Positions 36,464 through 48,170 of a stretch of 64,000 nucleotides of DNA are shown piece by piece. Within the stretch, counting starts at the first letter, position 1, and each line of letters starts with the position of its first letter. The notes below the pieces were generated by a model that ran no database searches, had not been told where the DNA came from, and was given only the letters and a program-made list of their open reading frames with translations. Origin of the DNA: the human T2T-CHM13v2.0 reference genome, Homo sapiens; assembly GCF_009914755.1 (NCBI RefSeq), contig NC_060946.1; one strand, 5' to 3'. The translations under genes were made by a program, and so were the position numbers.

Positions 36464-36544
36464 CAGTGACACGACCCCATGGGAGGGCCGCCCCCTACCT
36501 CAGTGACACGACCCCACGGGAGGGCTGCCCCCCACCTCAGTGAC
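36464..36544 (+). repeat. 37-bp tandem duplication (2 copies plus 7 bp) CAGTGACACGACCCCAYGGGAGGGCYGCCCCCYACCT
   Basis: Copies at 36464-36500 and 36501-36537 differ at 3 positions; partial third copy at 36538-36544. Confidence 0.95.
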
Positions 36545-36593
36545 CTGCAGGGGGCCTGAGCCGAAGCTGGGTGGGCATCTGGGAGCTAGATTC

Positions 36594-36599
36594 AATAAA
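36594..36599 (+). terminator. Polyadenylation signal AATAAA of the host transcript
   Basis: Canonical hexamer about 140 nt downstream of let-7b, in otherwise GC-rich sequence. Confidence 0.75.
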
Positions 36600-39500
36600 G
36601 CTGTTCTGACCATGAACTTGGAACTGGCCCCTTTCATTCTGGAAGCCCAGGGACTGGGCTCTGGGGCGCGTCTGCTGCGGGACAGTGTGGAGGCCCCTGG
36701 CCACGAGCTGTTCCAGGTCATGAGACTTGTCTGCTCACGCCTCCCGGTGCCTCCAGAGTCCTCAGTTGGCTCCGTGCTGTACCCTGAGCTCAGGATCCCA
36801 GGCCCAGCCCGTTCTCTGCCCTCTCGTGCTGCCTTTGAGCCAGGCGGGCTGAACACCGGGACCCAGGCCCGGTGGAGAGGTCCCCACGGGGCAGCCACCA
36901 AGGCCCCAGGTCAGCAGCTCAGAGCACTGCCAAGTCCTGGCTCCTGAGGCCACCTCCGTGCCTTAAGTGCCTTGACCAAAGTCTGGACGTGCCTGTCCTT
37001 CCGTCCTCCCTCAGGACAGTTTCCAGGGCACCCGTAATTCCTCTGACAGACTGCCATCCCAAAAGTGCACCCATTCTCCTGGGAGGCCTCAGGCCCTCGT
37101 CTAGCAGCTGCCGTAGGCTGGGCCCAGTGATCCCGCCCTGGGCATGTGGGGTGGGCTTGTTCATGCCTGGCCCAGCACCGAGAGCCCCTGGTGGGGAGGG
37201 GCTGATACAGCTGGGCCCACACCTCCCCCACCCAAGTGCCCATCCTCGCCCCTCCTGTTGACCCAGGCCACAATCTTGGCCCAGATTCCCCCCTGTGCCC
37301 TCCTGGCCTGCCTTGGTTCTGCAGGCAACCCCAGCCCTGCATGGCCACGTCTGGGCAGACCGGCACCCCTACCCTGACACCCATCTGTGCCAGTCCTGCA
37401 CGGCAAACACCTCAGAGCCCAGGCCTGCCTACCCTCCCGGAGCTGCTGCCACCCTGTGGGCCAAGGGCAAAGGGACGTGGAGGAGGGGCCCAAGGGCAGG
37501 GAGGGCTTCCTAAAGCAGGGACCATCTGAGCTGGGTCTTGACAGCTGCATAGGAGTTTGCAGCTGGAGATGAGTGACGTGCCCCATGGTCCCTTCTCCCA
37601 TCATCCTCTGGGGCCAGAGTGGGTGACACATGGGCACTGTCCAAATCCCCTTCTTCACCCCATAATTAGTCAGCAGCCACATCTGGCCACTTCTGTCCTC
37701 TAAACACCATTTCCATCCCTCCCCACTCCCACTGCCAGGCCTCAGAGTCTCAGAGCAGCCCCCTCTGTCTCCGGAGCAGATCTCTGCTGACACCCTTGCC
37801 TGCACTGCCTCCCAGCACCCCTCCCTCATGCCTGTGCTCACCTCCACCAGGACTCTCCTGCTCACCACGGCTCCCCCACCCCTCAGTCCACGGCTCAGAC
37901 CCATCTCTGGCCACCGCAGCCCCTGTCTGTGTCTGAACAGACTGTGAACGTCCCGAGGAGCCAGCCTCTCCTCCCAGCCCCCATACTGTGTAGTTGGAGC
38001 AGGGTTTGGCCCTGCAGAGCTCAAGGCCTGGTCGGGGAGCTGCCAGGGACACACAGTGGCCATGTGTTGGGGTCAACATCACAGTGGAGCAGCCCAAGGG
38101 CTGGGGAACCCTAAGGATCCCTGGACCCAGCCCTGCAGTCAGAGGCGGCTTCCTGGAGGAGGTGATGCCTGGCTCACCCCACTTCCCTCCCTACCCTCCA
38201 GCTGACCAAAACCTTCCCTGCTGACTGGCCGTCCCTAGAGATGGGGTTGCCAAAACTCGCCCAAAATATAGGATGAGGGCAGCCTGTGGAAGTTCTGGGG
38301 GTGACAGGCCTAGATTGGTCACTCTGCTCACCAAACCTGTTTCCCATCTCGCAGTGGGGTCACCGTAGCTTCCACCTCCCAGGGCGCCCATGAGGATTTA
38401 AGCTGATACCAGATCAGAGTGCCCAGGGATGTGGATGAGTTGCCTTGAGAACAAAGTCCAGGGAGGAAAGCCGGGGACCAAGGACCTTCAGGATGGCCCC
38501 AGCTTCCCGGGCTGTGCGGGAGCCACGTGCCACGGACCCCTCCCAGCTCAGGCAGTACCGCCAGAGCACAGCCTTGCCCTACAGAAGAAAGGTCGGCGTG
38601 GCCCTGTCCTCCGAGGAGATGAGGGCTCAGAGAGACTCGAGGGGGCTCCTGGGCTGTCCAGAGTGGGCCCTTTGAGAGACCCCTGGGCCCTAAGGTTCAA
38701 GTAGGCCACCGCTGACCTTGGCCTTCCTAGGAGGGATGCAAAGCCAGCCCACCACTTGAACCCGGCAGCCTGAGCACCGAGGGACAGGGCCGCCATCCAG
38801 GGCCAGGGCTAGGACAAGGCCAGCAAGGTGGCAGACACGGAGCATCTCGGCCGGGGGGCCTTTCTTGGGTCACACATCAGCACGGGGCACAGAGGTGAGA
38901 GCCCAGAAAGAGTCTTGTTTCCATTTCTTTTAAAACGGGAAGGGAAAATGACCCCTCCAATACTGAATATATAATGTATAATGAGTATATTATAGACTGG
39001 TGTAGATGATGGGGTGAATATAGCGCGAACCCAGCCTGGGTTCTGGGTGTCTTACCACCCCAGTCATGGGTGCGGTTTGTGATTTTGTTGTGAATTGTGG
39101 AGGAAGGGCCCAGGAGGGCCACATGCCCTGCCAGGGAAGCCATAGAGAGCCCTGCCCCGGGAGGTCAGTGCCTCCTTCAATGCCTGCGATCCCTCACCCT
39201 GCCCTGCTTCCCCCACCATCCGCCCCGCCTGGGCAGCCTGGGCCACTGCCCGCCAGCCACCCCCGCCTTCGGACTGTGCATTTCCCGACAGCGACACCGT
39301 GTGGCAGCAGCCCCCACCTCCGAGGCCAGCCCCGCCTGCACCCCCCCCACCTCCGAGGCCAAAGCTGTGAATAGGGTGACCCCTTCTGGGCTGTGGAAGC
39401 CTCGGGTTTGAGGACAATCCTGGGGAGGGACCCCAGGGCGCTTCCCGCTCTCCTGGCGTGTGTGTGTTTGCGGGGGAGGTGTGGGGGCCTCTGTACCCAT

Positions 39501-39852
39501 CACAGCCACGTGCCGGGACCGCCGGCCATCGTCCCGAGCCAGCGACATGCCTGGCAGCCTCCCGCCCACCTACGCCCCGCTCACCACCAAGGAGCTGTCA
39601 GCATCACTGCCCCCAACGGCATCTGGCAAAACTGTTGGGGGTGAGCCAGAGGGAGCACCCCCGTCCCCAACAGCGCTGAGTTGAGAGCCACATCTGTCTC
39701 CAGGCACTGCCACCAGCAGGAAGGGAGGCCACCCTGAGCCTGGGAAGACTCCGGAGCTGGGTTATCTGAAGGCCGGGAGTTCAGGTGGCCCCAGGCAGAA
39801 GAGGTGGCACAGTGAAGGTCCACACATGGGAGGCGGGCGGAGTGGCTGAGCC

Positions 39853-39903
39853 TGAAAGTTGGCATCTGGGCCCACCAAGGACAGGCCTGCCATGTTTGAG
39901 CCC
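39853..39903 (+). repeat. Left arm of a 51-bp inverted repeat
   Basis: 48/51 identical to the reverse complement of 41013-41063. Confidence 0.95.
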
Positions 39904-41012
39904 TGAGCTGAGCCTCCCCAGAGCCTGGGGGGAGGCTGGAGCCCCAGTGAAGGGCCTCAGATGCCAAGGAGGGAGGTCAGGCCCTAGGGCTAAGCCCCTG
40001 GCACAGACTCATACCCACACAGTGGCATTTAGTGAAATGGGCTCCTCTGACGTTGCCTCCTGAAACAGGCAGGGTCGGAGGGGTCAGGTCTGATGAGGCC
40101 TGGGGGCATCCCTGTGCCAGCTGGGTGAACATGGCTGGTCACTGTCCCATTCTGAGTTCAGCCTCTTTCTAGAACAAGAAGGGAGGTGGCACCAGCCAGG
40201 TCGCACATCTCAGATATCGGACAACTGGGGAGCTGAGGTGGACCAGGAAGGGGAAGGCTTTCAGGTCTGGCTTGCTCAAGGGACTCAGCTCCTACCCCGG
40301 CCCCAGCTGTTGCTGAGCCTGAGGGCAGGTGGTGCTGCCAGGTGCCTTGTGTTGGCCTCCCTGCATGCGTCCTGCCTGGTGGCCCAAGTTCAGCATCCAC
40401 ACTTATGCCAGCCAGTGCCCTATACCACCCTCACCCTTCCAAGGCTCCCACAGCCTTCAGGGCTGCCCAGTGTGAGAGCTGCTGTGAGTCTATATGGGTA
40501 GCTTGGTTTCTCTGATTGGGAGCAGCTTCCCCAGGGCTGGGAGCAGGACCCAGACAGTTGCTGTAAATGCTGGTGTGTCGGCCCCTCTGGTGCTGCATTG
40601 GTGACATCCAGGGCCTGATCTGCTTCCTGACAGTCCCCAGAGGGCCGCCATCCTCAGCCCATTTCATGAATGTGGAGACAGAGGCTCAGAGAGGTAGAGT
40701 GACTTTCCCAAGGCCACACAGCAGGCCGGGTACAGCTGGAATGGGCGGCCAGCTCTGTCCACCCCATGATCTGTGGCTGTCTTGCCTTCCAGGCTGCCTG
40801 GGGTTGGGAGAGTAATGGTGGCATAGGGGACAACAGGTTGTGTTCTGGGGTCCCTTCCCTGGGGCCAAGGAACTGGGCCAGGCCCAGGGCCCTGCCAGGT
40901 ACCTCGCTTCCAGCCTTGTCCCTGAAGGTCCTCATGCAGGAGAAAAGCAGCCACCTGCACACCGCTGTCCGGCCTCCCCAGAAGGAATGCGCTCCCCCCT
41001 CAGACTTGACCT

Positions 41013-41063
41013 GGGTTCAAACATGGCGGGCCTGTCCTTGGTGGGCCCGGATGCCAACTTTCA
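41013..41063 (-). repeat. Right arm of a 51-bp inverted repeat
   Basis: Reverse complement of 39853-39903 at 48/51. Confidence 0.95.
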
Positions 41064-41397
41064 CCCCTCTCAAATCCTGGGCATCCAGGCTTTGTCTCCA
41101 GCCAAGCCCCAGGCAGGCAGCACTGCCTGGACAGGCAAGCAAGACATACTGGCCCTCCTGCAGTCCCCGGAAATAAAACAGAGAAGAGCAGCCCTTCCTC
41201 AAGAAGGCCTCACCCCGTCCCTCCCCTCTTCTCTCCCCTCTTCTACCCCTCTCCCCTTCCCTCTACATCACAGACCCAACAGCCTCTCTCGCCAAGCCCA
41301 TCCACCCTCCTTCCTCCCGCTCAGCCTCCAGGGCTTCTGCCCATTTCCTGGGTCAGCCCCACACAAGTCCTGGCCCCGAGTAAAGATACCATATCCA

Positions 41398-41705
41398 GGC
41401 AGGCGCTGTGGCTCCCACCTGTAATCCCAGCACTCTGGGAGGCTGAGGCAGGCACAGCGCTTGAGCCCAGGAGTTCAAGACCAGCCTGGACAACATGGCA
41501 AAATCCCATCTCTACAAAAAAATACAAAAATTAACTGAGTTTGGTGGCTCACGCCTGTGGTCCCAGCTACTCGAGAGGCTGAAGTGGGAGGATCACCTGA
41601 GCCTTGGGAGGTCAAGACTGCAGTGAGCCCAGATCGTGCCACTGCACTCCAGCCTGGGTGACAAGAGTGAGACCCTGTCTCAACAAATAAATAAATAAGT
41701 AATAC
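41398..41705 (+). mobile_element. Alu (AluJ)
   Basis: AluJ-type GCTTGAGCCCAGGAGTTC, GGAGGATCACCTGAGCC and GAGACCCTGTCTC. (AAAT)n tail and TSD remnant CATATCC. Confidence 0.92.
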
Positions 41706-43372
41706 AGTTGTCATATCCTATGGAGCAGCTGGCCTGGGGGGTCTGGGTGTGGTGGGGAAGGATTTGAAGGCAGATGCTGGGGGACAGCAAGGGAAGAGAA
41801 GGGGGAAACCCAGGGAGGCAGCAGGGGAGGGGTGGCCTCCAGAGGAAGGAAGAAAGGGGGAGGGGAGGCAGCAGGGGAGGGCAGGGGAAGAGTTGTGGCT
41901 GGTGCTAGGCCTGGGGTGAGTGTGGGAGGGGTTCACCTGGGCAGACTCACGGGAGGTGCATTCCAGGGTCAAGGAAGGAGTTAACAGAGCCTGTCAGAGC
42001 ATTCGGGGTGCCGGGTGGGGAGGGATGGCTGGTCCCCGAGTGAAGAAGGCCAAGCTGTGTCCACAGAGGTCATGGTGAGCCCAGGAGTCCAGGAAGGGCC
42101 CAGCCAGGTTGTCCACCGCCCCTGCCAGGCCAGAGGAGTTGAGGCTTTGGGTAGCACCCCGCAGGCCCAGCAGTAGAGCTCATATGGCCTGGGGTCACCT
42201 CCGGGGGGAGGCACCCTCCAGTGCCCAGCCAGGGGCAGGCTGAGTGCGGGCACCAGAGAGGCCAGCTAACAGCAGGAAGCCCAGCCCTCGAGTGATTGCG
42301 CCCTGCAGCCCTAATACATGACAGAGGGGCCTCGGGGTGGCAGAAGGAACACAGGCTGCAGAAACCACCCAGCAGAAAGGTGGCAGCCAGCCGTGAACCA
42401 ATCCCATGGCCCAGGGCGAGGCCCTTACCCTCTCTGTGTCCTTATCCAGGCTGAAGACAAGGAGACCTGGCTCTCATGGGTACCACGAGGTCCAGGGGGC
42501 AGCAGGCAAGTGCCCTGCAAATGCCAGCCAGGGCAGGCCAACCAGACCAACGTCCTGAGATGAGACAAGACCCAGCCTGCTCAGCACCCCGCAGTCTGGC
42601 CTCCTCCCCTAGACACACAGGGCTGCGCCTGACCCCAGGCCATCAGCAGGCGGAGGCAGGGGGCAGTGGGTGGCAGTGAGGGAGGAGACCAGCCGCTCCC
42701 CTCACCCACTTTGATCTTCTCCATCAGCTGCCAATGCCCTCAGCCCACGGAGGAGTGAGTTCCTGTGGCAACGCAGGCGGCCCAGTGTCCTTTGCCACGA
42801 GGGAGAATGCACGCTGTGGGATCTGGGGATCCGGGGGTGTCTGTGATGGGGTGTTTGGGGTTGTGCTGCGGGATGGGGAGGAGTCTGAGGAGGCGGGGCT
42901 CTGGGTTGGATGCTCTCAGGACGCAGGATCGTCCTCTGATCAGTGGTCTTCACAAGCCCTGTCTCCAGGGCAGGGAGCCCAGAGCGAGGCTGGAGCTGCG
43001 ATTGCTGACGTGGCTGCAGTCCCCCTGCTGCCTGGGCCAGGAGAGGCTGGACATTCTGTGGCTTGGATGGTGTTCATGCTGTGGTCTGTGCTCAGACGTG
43101 ATTATGAAGGGGGTTTTGATTTGTCCTGACCCTCACAGTCCCAGAGCTGATGCAGATGCCCGCAGGTGGACACCCAGGGCCGGTCATGTGTCAGGTCTCG
43201 CCTGCCAAGGCCGCTTCCCCTTCCTCCGCCCTCCCTGGTACATTCTGTGTCTGCCTGTGTGAGCCCTGCCCCATGTGCCCCGTTCACTAGGCTGTGAGCT
43301 CCAGCAAGCGTGTCTTCTCAGCACCTAGTCCAGCACCCAGCACACAATAGATGGTCAATCAGTGCCCACTGA

Positions 43373-43707
<335 letters not shown>

Positions 43708-45286
43708 TCAAGTTGAATAGGGTGGAGCCTAGCACCATGGGGAAAGTGGCAGAGGGGGCTGCAGGGCAGGCCAGCAGTGGGGGGAAGCCCCCAGGGGACC
43801 CTGGGGACCCAGGCTGAGGAGGTAGCTGGCTGGCTGTCTCTCTCAAGGGCCTGGGAAATGCTCTTGGATGGCACGTTTCCTGGACAGATGATCCACAGTT
43901 GCTGCTCACGATGCCCTCTTGGAGTCACGCTGTGGTGAGCCTATTGAAGGCTCTGACAAGGCCTGCAGGGAGGAAACAGGTCCGTGTGACTTGGTTTACC
44001 CACAGTTTCCCAGGCTAGCCTGACTGTACCAGCTCTGGCTTTTTACGTCAGACCAGTGGCTGTCCCACAGTGCAGGAGCCAACACAGGGGTGCAGCCCGG
44101 CCTGGCAACCCTGCATTGGCCACCATGAAGGGAGAGGTGTTTGTGGGGGTATAGAGCTCTGAGAGGGTGGCTGCCAGGGCTCAGGCCAAAGGATGTGCTC
44201 AGATGACAGTAATGACCAGGGAGTGTTGGAGGTGTCAGGTTTGAGAAGCTATTGAAGGGTGACATTGCTGGGACCTGGGGACCAGCTGGGGCAGAGGCAG
44301 GGGTGGCAGGGAGGCCCAGGTCTCTCTAGGTGGGTGGGTGGATGGCCACTGGGACAGAGGAGCCAGGCTGGGGAGAGGTCTGAGCAGGCGAGGTTTAGGA
44401 CCTGTCATTTGTGAGGTGCCCCAGGGACTGACCTTGAGGGCTGGAGGCCAGGCCTTTGCTGCCAGGGGAGCCACCTAGACCCACCCTGCGACACCAGACT
44501 CAGTAGCTGCCAGTACCCCCACCCTCCCTGCCCACCCTGCCCTAGGGGCTTCCAAAGAGAGGCCTGGCTTTCTTACTGTCTCGCCTGGGGCCCTCAGAGT
44601 CAGAGAGCACACCTCACAATCTACCCCCATGGGACTCAGCGGGCTCAGGAGCAGCAGAGGGAACAGCAGCCAGGCCTGGGACAGGACTTAGAGCTGGGCA
44701 GTGCTCTGAGCTGCTCCATGAGGCTGGCTCAGGGCTGGGAGCTCCGAGGACAGGCGCTGACACGTGGTCGTTGGTGCTGCCGCTCTAGGCAAAGCTCTGG
44801 GCCATTGTGGGGTCCCCCTTTCCCCAGCGAGCTGGGCCTTGGGCCTGGGCAGGGCCTGGCTCCTAGGTGTGAACCCCAGACCTGGTCCCATTTCCTTGCT
44901 ATCAAGAGTGAGGCCACTGTCTCCTACAAAGATGCTGCCGAACATGGGCCCTGGGACCCATGCTGGGGAAGCAGGCGGGACTTGCCAGTGCTCACGGCTC
45001 CCAGGCCTTGGCGTGGCCAGGCAGGTGCACCGAACCTCAGGCGCTGGGCTCAGTCCTCCGTCCTGGCATGGCCAGGCCCCCAGATCTCCTAAGTCACTTA
45101 AGCCCAGCTGCAGGCGCTGGACAGGCGTCAGGAGCCCTGACCTCTGCCCCTACTCCAGGCCCTGCCTATCTGAGGGACCTGGGGAGCTCCTACCCCTCCC
45201 TGGCCTCAGTTTCCCCAAGCTTACAGGAGGACATTGAGGGTCTGGGGATGCTTTCCACACGGTTCTGGTAGCGGCGGCTTCTGGCT

Positions 45287-45305
45287 TGACCACCAGGTGG
45301 CGCCT
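45287..45305 (+). promoter_or_regulatory. Strong CTCF motif TGACCACCAGGTGGCGCCT
   Basis: Full match to the core CCASYAGRKGGCRS, inside a small CpG-rich patch. Confidence 0.7.
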
Positions 45306-47469
45306 GGTGCCCAATGAAGCACGTGGGGCTGGGAAGGGGCGGCCGCGTGGACACCGCCCCGCTGAAGAATCAGTGTCCGGGAGGCCTGGCCGTCCCCACA
45401 CCGGCCCGAGGCTGAGCGGCCCTCGGGTCAAGAGCACAGAGGTGGTGGGGTGGGTGCGCAGTGTTTCCAGCACCGGCCTGGCCACCATCGCAGGGGGGCA
45501 TCTCCGGCTCGGACAGCCATATCCCCCCCGGGCGGGCACAGAGCTGGGTACGGCTGGGGGCTGTGGGTGGAGGGGTGTGTAGGAGGCCAGCCCCTCACCC
45601 CTCCAGTGGGGTTGCAGGAGTTCTGCCAGGCTGGGGTCTCACCCCACCTCCCTCTGTTCTCGGTTCCACTTAGCCCTGGGCTCTGCTATCCTCTGCCTCT
45701 CCCAGCCTCAGTTTCCCCATATGTAAAACAGGTAATAATCCCACCCCTTCTGTGGGTGGGTGAGGCTGGCCACAGGCCAGGCCAGGAGGCCCAGCACATC
45801 CCCCTCCTGTCAGCACCGCCCTCTGCTCCCACTGCCCCAACGGTGGTGCCAGCCCCTGCACACAGGGTATCCCCACCAGGGCCGCCTGCAGAGCGGAGGG
45901 TGCTGCCCCATGCCCGGCTGCAGAAGGTCGTGTGGCCCGAGGTCACACCTAGCAGATGAAATGGCAAGAGACAGGAACAAAGAGGAAGCCCCGTGGTCTG
46001 GCACTTGCCGGGTGGCAGGAGGCATCTCTAGGTGACTCACATGATCCCATCTCATCCCAGGAGAGACCGAGGTCCAATCTCCCATCCTTGTGCTCTAGAT
46101 GAGGACACGAGACCCAGAGACATGAGTCCAGGTCACACCGTGGTGTCCCCCAGAGACAGGGGCCTTCCCTGCTCCCCCCTTCCCTTGGGCCAGCCATAGG
46201 AGTGCGAGGCAGTAAACACTGTTGCCTGTTGCGCCCAGCATGGTGACGGCTGGGTGACCCTGGGCAAGTCTCCAACCTCGGGGAGACATCCTCAAGAGAG
46301 TCTCGGGGAGATCAGGGGCAGACAGCAGCAGGGAGGGCCGGGGTGTGGGAACGGCTGTGGGAGGGTGGGCAGGAGGCCCTGGCAGCTGGTGGGAGCTGGG
46401 TTCCCAAGGGCAGGGGAACCACCAGCTCTCCCAGCTGGACCGACCCATGCCTCAGTGAGGGGCAGGTGGCCCAAGGGTGAGATTGCCCCATCAGCAGTGG
46501 GCAGGGTGGCTGCTGGCTGGCACAGCGGGAGCCTGATGGCAGGCAGGGGAGTGGGCTGGGAGTTGCGGCCGGGCCTAGTGGGCTCTGCTGCTCTGTTCTG
46601 ACCCTGATGTCCTGGGCCGAATCCCAGCCAGGGCAGCCTTGTCTGGAGGTGATGGGCGGGGCCGTCTCACTGGGCCTGGGGGAGGTGGTCCTGAAGTGGT
46701 CAAGGTCAAGGCCAAGGCCACTGCTGTCCTGCCCAGCGCAGGGCCCAGTCCCGGACAGGGTCTACTGGCCAGAGACACCAAACTGCTGGAGCCAGAGGGA
46801 CTGGATGGCAGGAGCCCTCCCCAACCTGGCTCACAGCCTCAGCTTGATCTCCCCTAGCGCTGAGGGGCTCCCTCTCAGGGACAACCCTCTCCCTGCAGCC
46901 TTCCCCTGCCACCCTGGAGGACAGGGCATCTGGCCGCTGCTCCCGGGAGGTCCTCGCCTCAGACAACCTCCTGCTGGCCCTGTCCTTGGCTCGCCACTGC
47001 CCTGGGCCTTCCATCCTGTCACCCCATCCCACCTGCCAGCTTCTGCTCACACCAACACCAGGCCTGGTGTTATGCAGGGCTGCCTCACAGACTGTGACAT
47101 CTGACCTCCCCAACTTAATGATGAGGAAACTGAGGTGAAGGGAGGCAGAGAAACCTTCCCAAGGTCCCACAGCCTAGAAGATGCCCGTCAGGAGCGCCCG
47201 AGGCCCCGACACACTTGCACAAACAGGCACACCCAGCCTCACCTCCACCAGCCCCAGAGGCTTCCTGGCCACTGGCTGTCCTCTGTGCCCCTGTACTTGT
47301 ACCCAGACATCCCCAAGTCCTGGCATCATGGGCACTTGTGGATAGCTGGAGGCGGAGGGGCTCGTGGCCCGGTGCAGCCTTGACTGCAGACTGGCCGTGA
47401 CAGAATGACCATTGCCTCAAGCGATCAGCGTGGTGGTGCAGCCCTCAAAACTCTTATCTCCTTCAACAC

Positions 47470-47670
47470 ATGGCATGGGCCAGGAACAGTTCAGTCAAGG
47501 GAGGAATGCCCAGGGCCTTGGGAGCATGGGATAGGAGGGAGGACCCAGACAGTGTGGGGTGAGGGGAAGGCAAGGGGGATGAGCTCATGGAGAACTTCCT
47601 GGGGCACGGAAGTCCTGAGTTGGGTTTTGCAGGATGAGTAGGAGTTTGCCAGAGTAGGAAAAGCAGTGAG
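47470..47670 (-). mobile_element. L2 fragment
   Basis: GAACTTCCTGGGGCAC...CCTGAGTTGGGTTTTGCAGGATGAGTAGGAGTTTGCCAG. Confidence 0.6.
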
Positions 47671-47844
47671 AAGCCCCAAATCCACACTCTGTGACTGTGT
47701 GTTTGTCATGGAGCCTGTGAGTGTTGCTATGTGGTATACTGATGGGATGGGAGAGCAACAGACTCTGTGGGCACCAGGGAGCACCCACCCCTGAAGAAGC
47801 AAGTCCTTCCTAGAGTCAGACACGGAATTTGTGGGGAAGCATTA

Positions 47845-48170
47845 GTTTCAGGGGATAGAAACCCAAACCAAATTAGCGCAGGCCCAGAAGAGGATTTATT
47901 TGTTTATATAACATAAAAATCCAGGAATTGGTACAGCTTCAGGCGTGGCTGGATCGAAGGGTGCTTCCCCTCAGGGCTTCTACCACACGGGCCCCAGCCT
48001 CAGCAGGGTCCCCATGAGGCAGTAGAGCCCGCCGTTCCTCCATCCCGCTAGCTCCCACCAGTGCAAAGCTCTCTCTCCCCCTTTCCAAACAACCCCACAA
48101 AAGTTGCCAGGTAACCTCTGGCTGGCGGGGCTTTGGGTCAAATGCTCAGCCCTGAGCCAATGACTGAGGG
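47845..48170 (-). mobile_element. Ancient LTR fragment (LTR33/MLT1L-like)
   Basis: AGAAACCCAAAC...GGATTTATT...GCTTCAGGCGTGGCTGGATC and TTGGGTCAAATGCTCAGCCCTGAGCCAATGACTG. Confidence 0.55.

Noticed and set aside
39311-39361. 18-bp direct repeat CCCCCACCTCCGAGGCCA, and an 11-bp x3 repeat at 27934-27964
   Set aside because: Small slippage-type duplications with no associated signal.
39853-41063. Solo retroviral LTR reading of the TGAAAG...CTTTCA segment
   Set aside because: No 4-6 bp TSD, no LTR promoter/poly(A) layout, an interior containing a MIR relic, and inverted arms much longer than LTR termini.
41205-41900. Pyrimidine-rich and purine-rich tracts flanking the AluJ
   Set aside because: Only low-complexity complementarity, with no specific long inverted or mirror repeat.
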